Assembly (NCBI GenBank): GCA_963777505.1
Contig: CAVZQN010000008.1
Coordinates: 448,001 to 512,000, forward strand
Reading direction: 5' to 3'
Length of the DNA: 64,000 nt
DNA from: an uncultured bacterium
Lineage (GTDB): Bacteria; Acidobacteriota; HRBIN11; JAKEFK01
Part shown: positions 1-10,920 of the stretch, piece after piece
How the letters are laid out: the number at the start of each line of letters is the position of its first letter
Position numbering within the stretch: position 1 is the stretch's first letter
Notes under the pieces: model-generated
Seen by the model: the letters and a program-made list of their open reading frames with translations, nothing else
Database searches by the model: none
What the model was told of the DNA's origin: nothing
Made by a program: the position numbers and the translations under genes

Positions 1-1194
1 CGGTTCGTTTTTGTAATAATGATCGATCATGAACCGCATGTATTTGATGCCTGCGTGAACGTTCGCTTCTGATTGACTAATGTCTCCGACATTCATTTCT
101 TTTCCCGTAGCCGGCATCAGTTGCATTACACCGACTGCACCAACCTGACTCTTCACACCCTGGTCCAATCGCGATTCCTGATAGCCTTGAGCTGCCATAA
201 GAATCCAATCTACCGCATATTGTTGACCATATTTCTCGAAAACTTGCCTTAACTGTCTGTACTTTTTTAGTTCCTCTTCGGAGGCAGCATTCTTCACGAA
301 CTTTGTGCTCTTTAGGTATTTTTGCAAAACAATATTTCCAAATGTAGTTCCCGCACCGTGGGTCTTAATAAACGCATTCAGCTCTGCCTTTAATTGCGGC
401 GTATTCTTGCGAACAGCCCAGGCGAAATCTGCCCCTGTGCGTAGTGTTACATCGGGATGCAATGTGATATTCGGAAAAACTTGTTTCCAAAAATCGGCGG
501 TGATCTTATCGACAACGACAATTTTTACGAGACCGGCATTTGTCATTTCAAGTAAGTCTTCGTCTTCAAAATTACCAGGGGCAAAGCGAAAAATGAGTTC
601 TTTCTTTCCATCCTTCTTCAACTGCCCGTTTAGTTTAACCAGACTTTCATATTTTGCTCCGCCTTTTCTGACAAAAACTACCTGGCCGGAAAGGTCCTGA
701 ACTGTTGTAATTTTTGGCGCACCTGGTCCGGTCACAACAATCTCGCTGGAATTTTTATAAACGGGGTCGGTAAAGTCAACGAACTTTTGCGATTCTGGAG
801 TTATGGTAAAACCTCCAATAGCAACATCGCCATTTCCTTCCACCATGCGCGCTCGAATCTCATCGCGTGATACCGGGATAAATACCACATTTACGCGTAG
901 CTTTCCAAGATTCATCTTTTTGTTCAATACAGTTTCAAACTCTTTCATCGCATCGTACGCGACGCCACGTTGTGTACCATTGTCCACGAAGTATGTCGTC
1001 TTGTTATAAATGACCAGGACACGAATGATTCTTCTCTCAATCATCCCATCTAAGTCCCCAGTCCATTTTTTGTAAGTGAGATTCATATCCATGGTAGGCG
1101 TTTGCTGCTTCTCTTGCGCGACTAAAATTGCGCAAATCATGAACATCAAGACGAAAGTCACAATTACTTTGAATCTGCTAAACGGAAAGCGCAT
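1..1194 (-). CDS. MltF-like lytic transglycosylase (solute-binding domain plus SLT domain), runs off the window start
   Basis: Absent from the ORF track; translated by hand from ATG 1194. Begins MRFPFSRFKVIVTFVLMFMICAILVAQ (signal peptide), then WTGDLDGMIERRIIRVLV, and the SLT motif DWILMAAQGYQESRLDQ...GAVGVMQLMPATG. Confidence 0.85.
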   Translation of the reverse strand, partial: MRFPFSRFKVIVTFVLMFMICAILVAQEKQQTPTMDMNLTYKKWTGDLDGMIERRIIRVLVIYNKTTYFVDNGTQRGVAYDAMKEFETVLNKKMNLGKLRVNVVFIPVSRDEIRARMVEGNGDVAIGGFTITPESQKFVDFTDPVYKNSSEIVVTGPGAPKITTVQDLSGQVVFVRKGGAKYESLVKLNGQLKKDGKKELIFRFAPGNFEDEDLLEMTNAGLVKIVVVDKITADFWKQVFPNITLHPDVTLRTGADFAWAVRKNTPQLKAELNAFIKTHGAGTTFGNIVLQKYLKSTKFVKNAASEEELKKYRQLRQVFEKYGQQYAVDWILMAAQGYQESRLDQGVKSQVGAVGVMQLMPATGKEMNVGDISQSEANVHAGIKYMRFMIDHYYKNEP

Positions 1195-1526
1195 TGTTTA
1201 CCTCACAGGGAATCGGAATGACAAGGATGAGTAAGATAATGTCATACATCTGACCGCGCCTCAACCCCGAGTTGTTGCCTTCAAATCAGAACAAAGTTGA
1301 AAGCGGATTAGTGTTCTTAATTCATGTTACGCTAGCAAACCTAGAGGCGAAAAGGATTGAGACGTACCTACTAAAAATCTAGTGGTCCGATTAATACTAC
1401 AACGATTATGATGGCTGGAGAGCTGTTGCCAGAGTGGGGACAAAGGACATACGCACATTTCCAACCAGACTTCAACTTCGTGATGTGATCTCCATTCGCT
1501 GCTTCAGCGCCGAGTCTCAGGTCAAA

Positions 1527-1608
1527 AGTACGAACAACGAAAACGATTTACGAACTACGAATGAGCTCTAGTTCATAGTCCGTTTTTCGATTGTTCGTTA
1601 TTCGTACT
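1527..1608. repeat. Palindromic element built from TACGAAN/AACGAAN heptamers with a central GAGCTC
   Basis: AAGTACGAACAACGAAAACGATTTACGAACTACGAAT-GAGCTC-...TTCGATTGTTCGTTATTCGTACTT. The outer AAGTACGAA/TTCGTACTT arms are a perfect inverted repeat, just downstream of the katG stop. Confidence 0.8.
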
Positions 1609-1617
1609 TATTTATGA

Positions 1618-3958
<2,341 letters not shown>

Positions 3959-4004
3959 CTACCACGTCCTCCTGTTTATCCTTAGTGAGTTTTTTTTTAA
4001 CCTT

Positions 4005-4382
4005 TTAAGGGTTACTGGTTGAGCTGCAAGCCGGACAGATTCCAAGAAACTCAATTCGAAATTCGAGTATCCGGTATCGACGCAGTCTGGACTTTGGTAC
4101 GAAATCAATTTCACGCTGTGGTATGTCTTCAAGACGATTGCAGTTTGCACAGCGCAAATGGGAATGCTTTGAAAGATTTGCATCAAACCGTGAGGCGCCG
4201 CCATGCGTTGTATTAATTTCAAGCAGCTTCCCTTCTACGGTAAGTTGTTTTAGATTCCGGTAAACCGTTCCAAGACTAATGCGGGACATCTTCGTGCGAG
4301 CCTGTTCATATACCCAGTCCGCAGTCGGATGGCTCATCGTTGAAGCAACAATGTCATAAATCAGTGTTTTCTGCCGGCTCAT
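4005..4382 (-). CDS. Fur-family regulator, PerR/FurA type
   Basis: MSRQK..HPTADWVY..ISLGTVYRNL..RFDAN..HSHLRCANC..GICPAC with two CxxC motifs; directly upstream of katG. Confidence 0.9.
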   Translation of the reverse strand: MSRQKTLIYDIVASTMSHPTADWVYEQARTKMSRISLGTVYRNLKQLTVEGKLLEINTTHGGASRFDANLSKHSHLRCANCNRLEDIPQREIDFVPKSRLRRYRILEFRIEFLGICPACSSTSNP

Positions 4383-4390
4383 CTTAGTAT

Positions 4391-4433
4391 TAGTAACGAT
4401 TACTATTTTACCTTTTAGGAATACCGGAAGCAA
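4391..4433 (-). promoter_or_regulatory. Sigma70-type promoter of perR-katG overlapped by a 7-1-7 Per/Fur-like box
   Basis: On the minus strand TTGCTT (4433-4428), 17 bp, TAAAAT (4410-4405). Inverted repeat TAGTAAC-G-ATTACTA at 4391-4405. Confidence 0.65.
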
Positions 4434-4493
4434 TCCCCCCACACGTTTTTCTTGATCAAAAATTACTATCTACAAATTGCAATAGATAAGAAG

Positions 4494-5942
4494 TTATGAG
4501 GCAGAGTCGGCTGGCTTAAACCTGATGTAAATGTGATCCTGGATCCAATGAGGATCCCACCATTCCGTTGGGTTGATCGGAATACCATGTAAAAAAAGTC
4601 CAAAGTGAAGATGATCACCGGCTGCTAATCCAGTTTCACCACTTCTTCCCAATACTTGTTTTTTCTTTACTGATTGTCCCTGTTTAACATCGATTGAGCT
4701 AAGATGTCCGTAAAGTGAAATGAGCCCATATCCATGATCAATCAACACACAATTTCCATAGATTCCAAGGTAATCAGCATAAACTACCAATCCATCGTTC
4801 GTTGCTTCAATCGGATATTGCTGCACCACAGATAGATCAAATCCAACATGATCCTGATGATCGATCACTTTTCCTTCATATGTATATGTTCGATGATCGG
4901 CAAATAGGGCTTCGACCTGGGATTTGCTTAACTGTAAAAACGCGCCGTTCCACAAAAACCGTTGTGGCGACTTTTCTGAAAGATTCTTTATTAAGGCATG
5001 ATTCACCTGACGGAGCTTGTTGTTGATTTCAAGAAAGCTCTTCAATGGATCACCCTGATCCTGTACATCAGAAGTTCTGGAGAGAATTTCAGGGACAACC
5101 TTTTGAAGGAAGTCATCCTGAATTTTGATTTCGCTTTCGCGAAATTTTTTGGGAAACAATTTAAACCAGAATCCAGCGACGGCCTGGTTTCCTGCCTCAT
5201 CTCGGGCCACAATCTTCAAAGGAGCTTTTGCATCCATGTTATATGCAAATGCAAAAAGAGAGAATTTCAAATCCTTTTCTCCGCCGCTCACCGGATAACC
5301 TGGGAAAAAATTAGGTCCGGCCTGAACACCCGACACTACTGCATCAGGTGAAACGCGATAGACCACACACTCGGAGCCGCCTTGATTGATGTAATGTTGT
5401 CCTGAAATGACCTGCAATCGCGGTGGATAAAGATCGAAAACAAAACTCTTTTGATTTTCAACGCTGTTGCCACGGAAAAAATTCCGGAGCGAGTGATCTA
5501 CTGCCGAAAATTTAAGGACAGCAGGTCCATCTTGAACTTTATATTTTGCAGCAATTAATTCGCCTAATTGGAAGGTCTTCGTTTGGCGATCTCCCAATTG
5601 CCAGAACTTCCCCAGTGTTGGACCTGCGTATTGTTCCTCAACCAAAGGAATGGTCTGATTTTTTTGAGTTAGTGTTGCGGAGAACTGTTTGAGTCCACTG
5701 CCCGAATCCTGAACTGTAATTGATATTTGAGGGTTGCGGCCTAATGCTTTGAAATCTTTTTCCAACAGAACCACCGGAGGCTTCCCTTCCCAGCGTGGCC
5801 AGCTCATAACCAGTGCAACGGTCAACGCCAGTACTACAACAACGATAAGAATAGGAAACAATCGGATTCGTGATTTGCGCTCTCCGTAGAAATCTTTTTT
5901 CGATTGGTCTGCTTTAGGGTTTCTGTAATAATCTTTTTTCAT
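4494..5942 (-). CDS. Membrane-anchored M23 family metallopeptidase
   Basis: N-terminal TM helix; HVGFD and HLHF zinc motifs; YGNCVLIDHGYGLISLYGHLS. Confidence 0.9.
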   Translation of the reverse strand: MKKDYYRNPKADQSKKDFYGERKSRIRLFPILIVVVVLALTVALVMSWPRWEGKPPVVLLEKDFKALGRNPQISITVQDSGSGLKQFSATLTQKNQTIPLVEEQYAGPTLGKFWQLGDRQTKTFQLGELIAAKYKVQDGPAVLKFSAVDHSLRNFFRGNSVENQKSFVFDLYPPRLQVISGQHYINQGGSECVVYRVSPDAVVSGVQAGPNFFPGYPVSGGEKDLKFSLFAFAYNMDAKAPLKIVARDEAGNQAVAGFWFKLFPKKFRESEIKIQDDFLQKVVPEILSRTSDVQDQGDPLKSFLEINNKLRQVNHALIKNLSEKSPQRFLWNGAFLQLSKSQVEALFADHRTYTYEGKVIDHQDHVGFDLSVVQQYPIEATNDGLVVYADYLGIYGNCVLIDHGYGLISLYGHLSSIDVKQGQSVKKKQVLGRSGETGLAAGDHLHFGLFLHGIPINPTEWWDPHWIQDHIYIRFKPADSAS

Positions 5943-6036
5943 GAAACTATAATTCCTCTTCAAATAATTATGACTTTCGCATCAGTCATATGGTAACCAT
6001 GACTTCAACATAAAGCCACCGGCCTGGAAAGATTGG

Positions 6037-6068
6037 ATGCAAAATGAGCTCAATTTGAAATTTGCAAT
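6037..6068. repeat. TTGCAAA-heptamer element, right half
   Basis: ATGCAAAATGAGCTCAATTTGAAATTTGCAAT closely matches 7890-7921 ATGCAAAATAAGTTCAATCTAAAATTTGCAAT. Confidence 0.7.
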
Positions 6069-6136
6069 CTAGAATTTGCGAGATGCAACAACAAAAAAGA
6101 AGGACGAACGTGTTATTATGCTCGTAGTTTCACAAC

Positions 6137-7843
6137 ATGAATCTTCAGATCCGGATTCTTTCAATTTGTGGGATTTTTCTTTTCGCTTCGTCTCTTCTTG
6201 CAGTGCCAATTCTAAAACCACTCAGTTGTAGCCAGGAAAATTCCCTTCACTCGATCTCTGGCACCGTTCGTACTTCGATTGAATTTCAAAATGAGACTTC
6301 TAAGACATTAAAGATTTTCTGGATCAATTATCAGGGAAACCGTGAGCTCTTTCGGAGCCTTGGACCCGCACAATCGTACGTGCAGCCCACGTTTGTAACA
6401 CATCCGTGGGTGGTAACAGAAGCAAACAACAGTTGTTTTTCCATTTTTGTTCCACTGAACACTCCTTCGATTGCGAAAATTCAAAATACGCTCCATGACA
6501 TTTCAATAAGCTCGGGAATCGCAAACAATACAATCGCCACAGCGGGCGTGCAGGCGATTGACTACAATAACGACAAAAAACAGGACCTGGTATTGATCGG
6601 AAAAAATGGGAATGCGCTGTTCAAAAATGTAGGAAAGGGCAAGTTTGTCAATGTTACAGAGCAAACTAAGTTTTCAAATGCCGGTCGAGATGCACGCGGT
6701 GCTTCCTGGACTGACATCGATAACAATGGGTTTCCTGATGTGATTATTGCCAACGCCACGGGCGCCCCTACGATTCTAAGAAATAATCGTGGCATCTTCA
6801 GTGATGTTAGTAATTTATTTTCGGCCAACGAGGTTGCAGGAAAATCCGAAACTGGAACGCGCGGTGGAGTTTGGATAGACATTGATAACGACAGGTTAAT
6901 TGATGTGTTCCTAATCAAAGATGGCGTTCCCAACGAGATGTTCAAACAAACCAGTTTCATGAAATTCACTGATATTTCGAAAACAGCTGGTATTGCATCA
7001 ACAAGTGCGGGACGCTCTGCAGTTGCTGCAGATTTTGATGAAGATGGATTTCAGGACATCTATCTGGCAAATTTCAAACAACCCTGTAAGTTTTACCATA
7101 ACAACGGAAATGCTACTTTTAACGAGATCAGCAAATCCAGCGGTATAGATTTTAGCGGGGCAAGCGTGCAAGTCTCTGTCGTTGATTTTGATTCCGATGG
7201 AAGGATGGATCTATTCATTGTGAATAATGAGGGACCCTCATTCTTTTTCAAAAATGTTGGTAATTTGAATTTCCAAAAAGTCATACCCAATTCATTAAAA
7301 TCAGCAAAGAAAGGGATTGCTGCCGCATTTGTTGATTACAATTTGGATGGGAATCAAGATCTTGTTCTCGCCCAAACGCTGGGTGGGAACCGTTTGTTCA
7401 AAAACAACGGTCAGGGAAAATTCGTAACGGTTCCGGGAATTGATCTGAGCCGTCCAGACAACCCAACAGGTATTACTGTAGGCGACTTTAATAATGATGG
7501 CATTCCGGATGTAATGATCGGAGATGGTGGAACAGATCAAGACCGGGGTGATTCTCTTTTCAAGAACGACGGCGGTGGCAATCACCTGACATTAGTTCTG
7601 CAAGGGACCGCCAGCAATCGGTCTGCAATAGGTGCAGTTGTAATATTGCAATTAGGTGTTCTTATTCAAGCTCAACAGGTAACCGGTGGAAACGGCACGA
7701 GTCAAGAAAGTCTCGCTCTGGAGTTCGGATTGGGATCTGCAACAAATGCTGACATACGAATTGTTTGGCCGAGTGGAATTGTGCAAAGACTCGAAAATGT
7801 TCAGGCAAATCAGGTACTTAGAATCGCCGAAGCAGCCCAGTAA
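6137..7843 (+). CDS. Secreted protein with VHL-beta domain, FG-GAP repeats and ASPIC/UnbV domain (CRTAC1-like)
   Basis: Signal peptide; VHL-like SIEFQNET..FWINYQG..TFVTHPW; repeated D(F/Y)(D/N)xDG..D motifs; C-terminal SNRSAIGAVV..LEFGLG..IVWPSG. Confidence 0.85.
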   Translation: MNLQIRILSICGIFLFASSLLAVPILKPLSCSQENSLHSISGTVRTSIEFQNETSKTLKIFWINYQGNRELFRSLGPAQSYVQPTFVTHPWVVTEANNSCFSIFVPLNTPSIAKIQNTLHDISISSGIANNTIATAGVQAIDYNNDKKQDLVLIGKNGNALFKNVGKGKFVNVTEQTKFSNAGRDARGASWTDIDNNGFPDVIIANATGAPTILRNNRGIFSDVSNLFSANEVAGKSETGTRGGVWIDIDNDRLIDVFLIKDGVPNEMFKQTSFMKFTDISKTAGIASTSAGRSAVAADFDEDGFQDIYLANFKQPCKFYHNNGNATFNEISKSSGIDFSGASVQVSVVDFDSDGRMDLFIVNNEGPSFFFKNVGNLNFQKVIPNSLKSAKKGIAAAFVDYNLDGNQDLVLAQTLGGNRLFKNNGQGKFVTVPGIDLSRPDNPTGITVGDFNNDGIPDVMIGDGGTDQDRGDSLFKNDGGGNHLTLVLQGTASNRSAIGAVVILQLGVLIQAQQVTGGNGTSQESLALEFGLGSATNADIRIVWPSGIVQRLENVQANQVLRIAEAAQ

Positions 7844-7922
7844 TAACCCCCCAAAAACTTATTGCAAATTGCAGATTGGAAATTGCAAAATGCAAAATAA
7901 GTTCAATCTAAAATTTGCAATT
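7837..7922. repeat. Full TTGCAAA-heptamer palindromic element
   Basis: CCAGTAATAACCCCCCAAAAACTTATTGCAAATTGCAGATTGGAAATTGCAAAATGCAAAAT..AAATTTGCAAT. The left half recurs at 9974-10022 and the right half at 6037-6068. Confidence 0.8.
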
Positions 7923-8099
7923 GTACAAGGAGTTATTAAAGTAGGGAGACCGATCGTAGACACTAATGTTTAACAAAATCGGTTCAGCCAAGCAATTTGC
8001 AAAGATCGTTGATTTCTTACGTTATACTAAGATTAAATCGGGAGGTTGATTCGACATGCGCAGCTGTGGAAGAATAATGAATTCTTGATGAGGTACTAA

Positions 8100-9499
8100 A
8101 TGAACGATGCAACATTATTTCAGGAATTAAAAGGGGCAGTCCAGGGACAGGTATTAAACGACTCCGAAAGTTTGAATGCGGTTAGCGGCGACTTCGGAAG
8201 GATGATCACGCGCGTTCCCCGGGTGGTGGTCAGACCTTCTTCTGCAGAAGACATTGCGGCTGTGATTCGCACGGGAATCCGCTATAACCTACCGGTCAGT
8301 TCCCGTTCAGCGGCGCACAGCCAGAGCGGACAGGCGTTAAACCAAGGTGGAATTTTGCTTGATATGACCGCACTAAATCAACATTTTGAGGTAGACACTG
8401 AAGAAAAAACATGCACTGTCGATGCTGGAATTCTCTGGAATGATCTGGTTAATCGACTGAAGCCCAACAAATTGATTCCGCCGGTTCTGACAAACAATCT
8501 GAATGTTACTGTTGGCGGCACGCTTTCTATGGCGGGAATCGGAGTTGCTTCTTTCCGATATGGAGTGCAGGGAGACAACTGTATTGGCTTGCAGGTGGTT
8601 ACAGGAGCCGGAGATGTTGTCGAGTGTTCTCCAAGCGTAAATTCGGAGCTGTTTTCATCACACTCTTTGTGGTCTCGGTCAATTTGCCATTATTGCGCGC
8701 GCGAAGCTCAAGCTTCGTTCACACAAATCTCATGTACGTACATTCTTTCTTGTTTATGATGATTTGAAAGCGGTTCTTCGTGATCAGCGAGCGCTGATTG
8801 AAGAGGGTCGCATGGATTTTATCGAATCCTGGTGTACCCCTCTGCCTCTTGGATTTAAGAAAGTCATGGAGATGAAGCAAACTTTTGGTGAATGGTTTTT
8901 CCCAACACAACTGACATTTGAATTTGATCCAGAAGGTCCACTGCCCGAGAAAGAAAAATGTCTGCAAGGTCTGAGCTACTATCGTCACAGCCATACAGAA
9001 GACATGGAAATTTATGATTTTGTCAGCCGCCTCGAAAATGTGTTTGAGATCTGGAAGCGAATGGGTTACTGGGCTAACGCCCATCCATGGATGGAAACTC
9101 TGCTTCCATGGGATGTCGCAGAAAAATATATGAATCAGATTTTGCAGATTCTTCCACCCGCTGCGCTTGGCGGAGGGCACGTGCTATTCTGGCCGTCCAG
9201 CGGACGTACCTCGAATCTGCCATTATTTAAGCGCCCTGATTCCGATTACATTGTCGGTTTTGGAATTCTTCCCGGTGTGCCAAAAGATCTGCTTGACCAT
9301 GCCATCCCGCGCTTGAACATGGCAAGCGAATTGAGTGAAGCACTCGGTGGCAAGCGCTACCTTTCAGGTCTCAGTCCAGTTTGATCAAAACAAATGGAAG
9401 GAACACTACGATACAAACTGGAGCGAAATGAAACGAATGAAGAAGAAATATGATCCGAACGGCGTTTTGAATCCTGGGTTCATCGACTTCACCGCATAG
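8100..9499 (+). CDS. FAD-linked oxidase of the VAO/PCMH family, cytokinin-dehydrogenase-like; two +1 frameshifts (~8655, ~9372)
   Basis: SSRSAAHSQSGQA (flavinylation His), LNVTVGGTLSMAGIG..SFRYG.Q, repaired LCGLGQFAIIARA, HPWMETLLP, repaired C-terminus KKKYDPNGVLNPG with stop at 9499. Confidence 0.8.
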
Positions 9500-9517
9500 G
9501 AATTAACGGAGTAAATC

Positions 9518-9967
9518 ATGAAAGAATTTGAACTCAAGCATGAGATCTTTGTGAAGGCCTCCGCCAAAAAAGTCTTTGAGGTCTGGACCGACTTCGAGCA
9601 CTGGCCGCAGCTTTATCCCGAAACTTATGAAAGCGTAAAAGTTCAGCGGGAAGGCAATCGAGTCATGACAGAAGAAGTGATCAAAACAATGGCCGGAAAA
9701 CAACAGGCCACAATTGAAACGGTTCTGGAACCTCCGCATCGTTATATCAGGTATTTCAAAGATGGTCCGATGGAAGGATCGATTCGCACGACTAGCCTGG
9801 AAACATCCAACGATGGAACTCTGGTTAAAACTCAGATGCAAGTGAAACTTGGGGGAATGGTTGCCATGTTACTCGGCGATCTCGCCGAAATGCTTTTCCA
9901 GAAGAATATTGAAAAACTTTCGCAATCCCATGCGCGCGTCGCAGAAGTAGAAGCTCCTGAAAAATGA
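9518..9967 (+). CDS. SRPBCC (polyketide cyclase/Bet v1-like) protein
   Basis: IFVKASAKKVFEVWTDFEHWPQLYP signature; SD GGAG; 18 bp after the oxidase stop. Confidence 0.8.
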   Translation: MKEFELKHEIFVKASAKKVFEVWTDFEHWPQLYPETYESVKVQREGNRVMTEEVIKTMAGKQQATIETVLEPPHRYIRYFKDGPMEGSIRTTSLETSNDGTLVKTQMQVKLGGMVAMLLGDLAEMLFQKNIEKLSQSHARVAEVEAPEK

Positions 9968-9973
9968 TGAAGA

Positions 9974-10130
9974 CCAGCAATAACCCCCAAAGCTTATTGC
10001 AAATTGCAGATTGTAAATTGCATAGTGAGCTCAATTCGTCATTCGGAATTCGATTGTTCGTTAATCGGACTTCAAGAGTTAAAGGAAACTTGAAGTACGA
10101 ATGACGAAGACGATTTACGAATTACGAATT
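9974..10130. repeat. Composite heptamer element (TTGCAAA arm, GAGCTC, TACGAAT inverted pair)
   Basis: 9974-10022 repeats 7837-7887. It is followed by AATTCGTCATTCGG..GACTTCAAG and CTTGAAGTACGAATGACGAAGACGATTTACGAATTACGAATT, an inverted pair between SRPBCC and the tRNA 3' end. Confidence 0.8.
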
Positions 10131-10134
10131 AAAA

Positions 10135-10223
10135 CGGAGAGGGAGGGATTCGAACCCTCGATCCGCGTTACCACGGATAACTGCTTAGCAGGCAGCCCTG
10201 TTCGACCACTCCAGCACCTCTCC
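10135..10223 (-). tRNA. tRNA-Ser (GCT), CCA not encoded
   Basis: GGAGAGGTGCTGGAGTGGTCGAACAGG-GCTGC-CTGCTAA-GCAGT, long variable arm, GAGGGTTCGAATCCCTC-CCTCTCCG. Confidence 0.95.
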
Positions 10224-10320
10224 GTAATTTCCAAAAAAGACAATATCCGTGCAGGATTATATCGGCAGGGAAACTCGATTATAGAAACTTCCCATACCTC
10301 AGTCAAACATAACAAGAGGA

Positions 10321-10357
10321 AGTACGATTAACGAATCGCGACTACGAATTACGAATT
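10321..10357. repeat. TACGAAT heptamer tract
   Basis: AGTACGATTAACGAATCGCGACTACGAATTACGAATT, same family as 1527 and 10090. Confidence 0.7.
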
Positions 10358-10860
10358 CACTCTGCTGGTTTCGTGCGTGGAGATAAATTACTAATCTGGA
10401 GATTTGTTACTTCTACTCCAATATCATTTCCTTTTGAGCTCAGTTGAGATCGGATCGATCGAACCCAATCCGGGAATACTTCATCAAGCCTATCGAAATC
10501 CAATTCTTCCAATTGTTCTTTCATTAAGTCCTGAAGTTGAGACATCATATAAATACGCCAATCACGAACTCCTGATGCAAGCACCGGCTTGCGAACAATT
10601 GCATCAAGTGATGCCTGGAGTTGAATTGGAATTTCATCCTTTGTAATTGCTGATTGTGGCGGTAATGATACTGAAAAGGGTTCGACAGAGATGCGTTCCA
10701 GGCGATCAACAAATGGAATGATCATTACTGTTCCGGGACCGGCTACAGAATCCAGTTTTTTCCCGAGTCTATAAATCACGCCGCGTTCGTTGTCAGGAAC
10801 TTTCTTCAACGAAGCGAGAATAAGAATTACAGCGATGATGGCCAGGAAAACATAGATCAT
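10357..10860 (-). CDS. Short SPFH/Band 7 (stomatin-like) protein
   Basis: N-terminal TM; ERGVIYRLGK..GPG..IIPFVDR..PQSAITKD. Confidence 0.85.
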   Translation of the reverse strand: MIYVFLAIIAVILILASLKKVPDNERGVIYRLGKKLDSVAGPGTVMIIPFVDRLERISVEPFSVSLPPQSAITKDEIPIQLQASLDAIVRKPVLASGVRDWRIYMMSQLQDLMKEQLEELDFDRLDEVFPDWVRSIRSQLSSKGNDIGVEVTNLQISNLSPRTKPAE

Positions 10861-10870
10861 AAAAAGTCAC

Positions 10871-10920
10871 TTTAGAGGCCCGGCCTTCGCACCCCACCAC
10901 CGCAAAGCCTGGCCTCTAAA
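10871..10920. terminator. Long hairpin (terminator or REP-like)
   Basis: TTTAGAGGCCCGGCCTTCGC..GCAAAGCCTGGCCTCTAAA fills nearly the whole intergenic gap. Confidence 0.55.

Noticed and set aside
10101-10331. ORFs 10101..10331 and 10115..10315
   Set aside because: They overlap tRNA-Ser and heptamer repeats, so they are spurious.
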